From Ascidiella aspersa (lineage: Eukaryota): 64,000 nucleotides of DNA. The position numbers and the translations under genes are program-made. The notes under the pieces are model-generated. The model was not told where the DNA came from. It made no database searches and was given only the letters and a program-made list of their open reading frames with translations. Positions 62,346-64,000 of this stretch are shown piece after piece. The DNA is taken from contig OZ004608.1 in the NCBI GenBank assembly GCA_963924565.1, positions 12,214,001 to 12,278,000 on the forward strand. Reading direction: 5' to 3'. Numbering within the stretch: the stretch's first letter is position 1; each line of letters opens with the position of its first letter.

Positions 62346-63861
62346 ATTGACGGGCGCGTCTCCGCACGAGATTATATCTGCCCCGCTCCTTTTTTTCAAG
62401 AGCGTAATCCCATCTAGAAGCCTGGTTTCCGACTTGGGTAAACATTTTGTTGATGTTGAAGCGAGTGGCATGTTGCGACCGTGGCGGCAATTCGCGCATT
62501 TGCAATTCGAACGAAATTGTGGAGAGCTAATCTGTTCAAACGCCAGCAGAGCGATTTTAATGTCTTACCTTTCAGCAATTTCAGCTATAAACTTTCCAGC
62601 GAGCGCAATTTCGTTCCTCGATCATGTTAAGTGCCGCACCTCAAGGGTGTCATGATGCCGTTTGGTCGTTAATTAATGGTGGCCGGTCACCGTTCTAAAG
62701 CCAGCATGCTTCCTGGCACGTAATTGCCTGATTACAGTCCGAATCTGATCTTTGACCCCAACACGCCCTTCCTGGCCTTCCCCCGCGCAAAAGTCCAGGT
62801 TATAGTCGGGCTTGGCTAGTCACAGTTATTAATAATTACAATGCGACACCGACTCCCCGTGTGGTTTTCAGTAGTTCTTTTCAAACTTGAATTCGCGATA
62901 GTTTTAAGGTTTCGTGCAACATATTTAAATTTTATTGACCGATCAACTGTATTATACCACGTCCCGGTATTTAAGTTTTAATATAGATAAATCTGTTGAC
63001 AAATTGTGTACAGTTGTTTTGGTGGGATGTTTGAGCCATTATTGTATGATCATTTTATGTTTCCTAGTTTTAAAAAGTCTGTCTTACAATATTTTAGAGA
63101 GGCGATAGAGGTCCGCTGGGTAAAATATTCGGGTAAAATATAAAACCAATGTTTCAGGCTATCGTAGGATTTTCCCGGTTTTACCTGTAATAGCCAATAT
63201 CAAGTTTGAAAACCCAGGTAAAACCTGGATCAGACACATTTTTTAACCTTGTTATACTCTGGTTTTTAAACTTTGAGTTTTATTGTTTATATACGCGTCA
63301 GCTAAGCAGTGATCGACAAGCAGAAACCTGCTTCCAGTTGTTTTGTATTACATAAAAATACACCCTTTTTACCAGTACTAGAGTTTTTATACCTCGAAAC
63401 CCTTTTATTCTGTATAAATTATTCGAATTGTTTAAGTTTGCTGTAAAAAAATTGACTGTTTTTTTATGGTTTTAACGACTAGAAATCGTCGTTCTTTGGT
63501 CAATAAACTTTCGAGCGGTTCCGCTGCTGCGAGAGATTTTGCGGCGACCCGCGCTGTTTATTTAATCGCCGGATTAAATCGATCGATTATTATTTTTCCA
63601 AGTTCGCCGTGATCGCGCGTCGACAATCGATGCGCGCGCCCCCCGAATCGATTGTAACGCGAACAATGGCGCGTCACCAATGTATTGTATACTCTCTCTC
63701 TCTTTCTCGACCTTTTTGCCTTATCCACTTTGAGCAGCCAATGTAGGGAATTAGCGAAAAAAACTTTGTATTGTCGATATTTTAAACAATAAAAACGTGC
63801 CTTTTTACAGTTACAAGTAAAACTCATAGTTAAAAACATTAGTAAAAACAGGATCACACTT

Positions 63862-63914
63862 TTTGTTTAAGAAAATATATTTCGCCAAGTGTCATCGTCA
63901 GTTCCTTATTCAAA
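63862..63914 (-). ncRNA. Candidate minimal type-I hammerhead ribozyme
   Basis: The minus strand reads TTTGAATAAGGAA-CTGACGA-T-GAC(ACTT)GGC-GAAA-TATA-T-T-TTCTTAAACAAA. The core is intact, with a palindromic ATATAT stem III/loop and an extended stem I, but stem II has one mismatch. Confidence 0.5.
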
Positions 63915-64000
63915 TAGACCGATGGTTTTGGATTCTATAAAGATACACCCTGATGTTTTTACATTTGCTTTATTGTGTTTTAAAATGACGAACACCTATT

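Noticed and set aside
46000-63860. Numerous 60-170 aa ORFs on both strands in the ARID5B intron
   Set aside because: They show no recognisable domains, overlap in several frames, and have an R/A/C-rich composition expected from CpG-rich non-coding DNA.
1-64000. CRISPR arrays, prokaryotic operons or rRNA genes
   Set aside because: The DNA is eukaryotic and intron-containing, with no regularly spaced repeat-spacer array or rRNA-like sequence. Short tandem duplications (about 18932, 48691, 61391) have only two copies.

Overview
AT-rich eukaryotic genomic DNA, most likely from an invertebrate chordate. An ascidian (tunicate) is inferred from the chordate-type gene structures, short introns, patchy CpG depletion and a near-match to the Ciona spliced leader. 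Four intron-containing genes can be assembled by hand from GT-AG junctions. They are synaptogyrin (-, 6 coding exons, 232 aa), an SLC10 Na+/bile-acid-symporter family gene (+, 6 exons, 439 aa), a complexin ending in a CAAX box (-, 4 exons, 141 aa), and the first two coding exons of an ARID5B-like gene (+), whose next exon is not in the window. The first three genes belong to families with synaptic-vesicle or presynaptic members and are packed into 17 kb. The rest is a long non-coding landscape with many MITEs and DNA-transposon relics. The most unusual non-coding signal is a set of minimal hammerhead-ribozyme motifs of the Penelope-like type. Three lie inside long inverted repeats in which only one arm keeps the catalytic core. 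A fourth has a stem I that overlaps a 14/16 match to the ascidian spliced-leader exon. Most ORFs in the supplied track are spurious.
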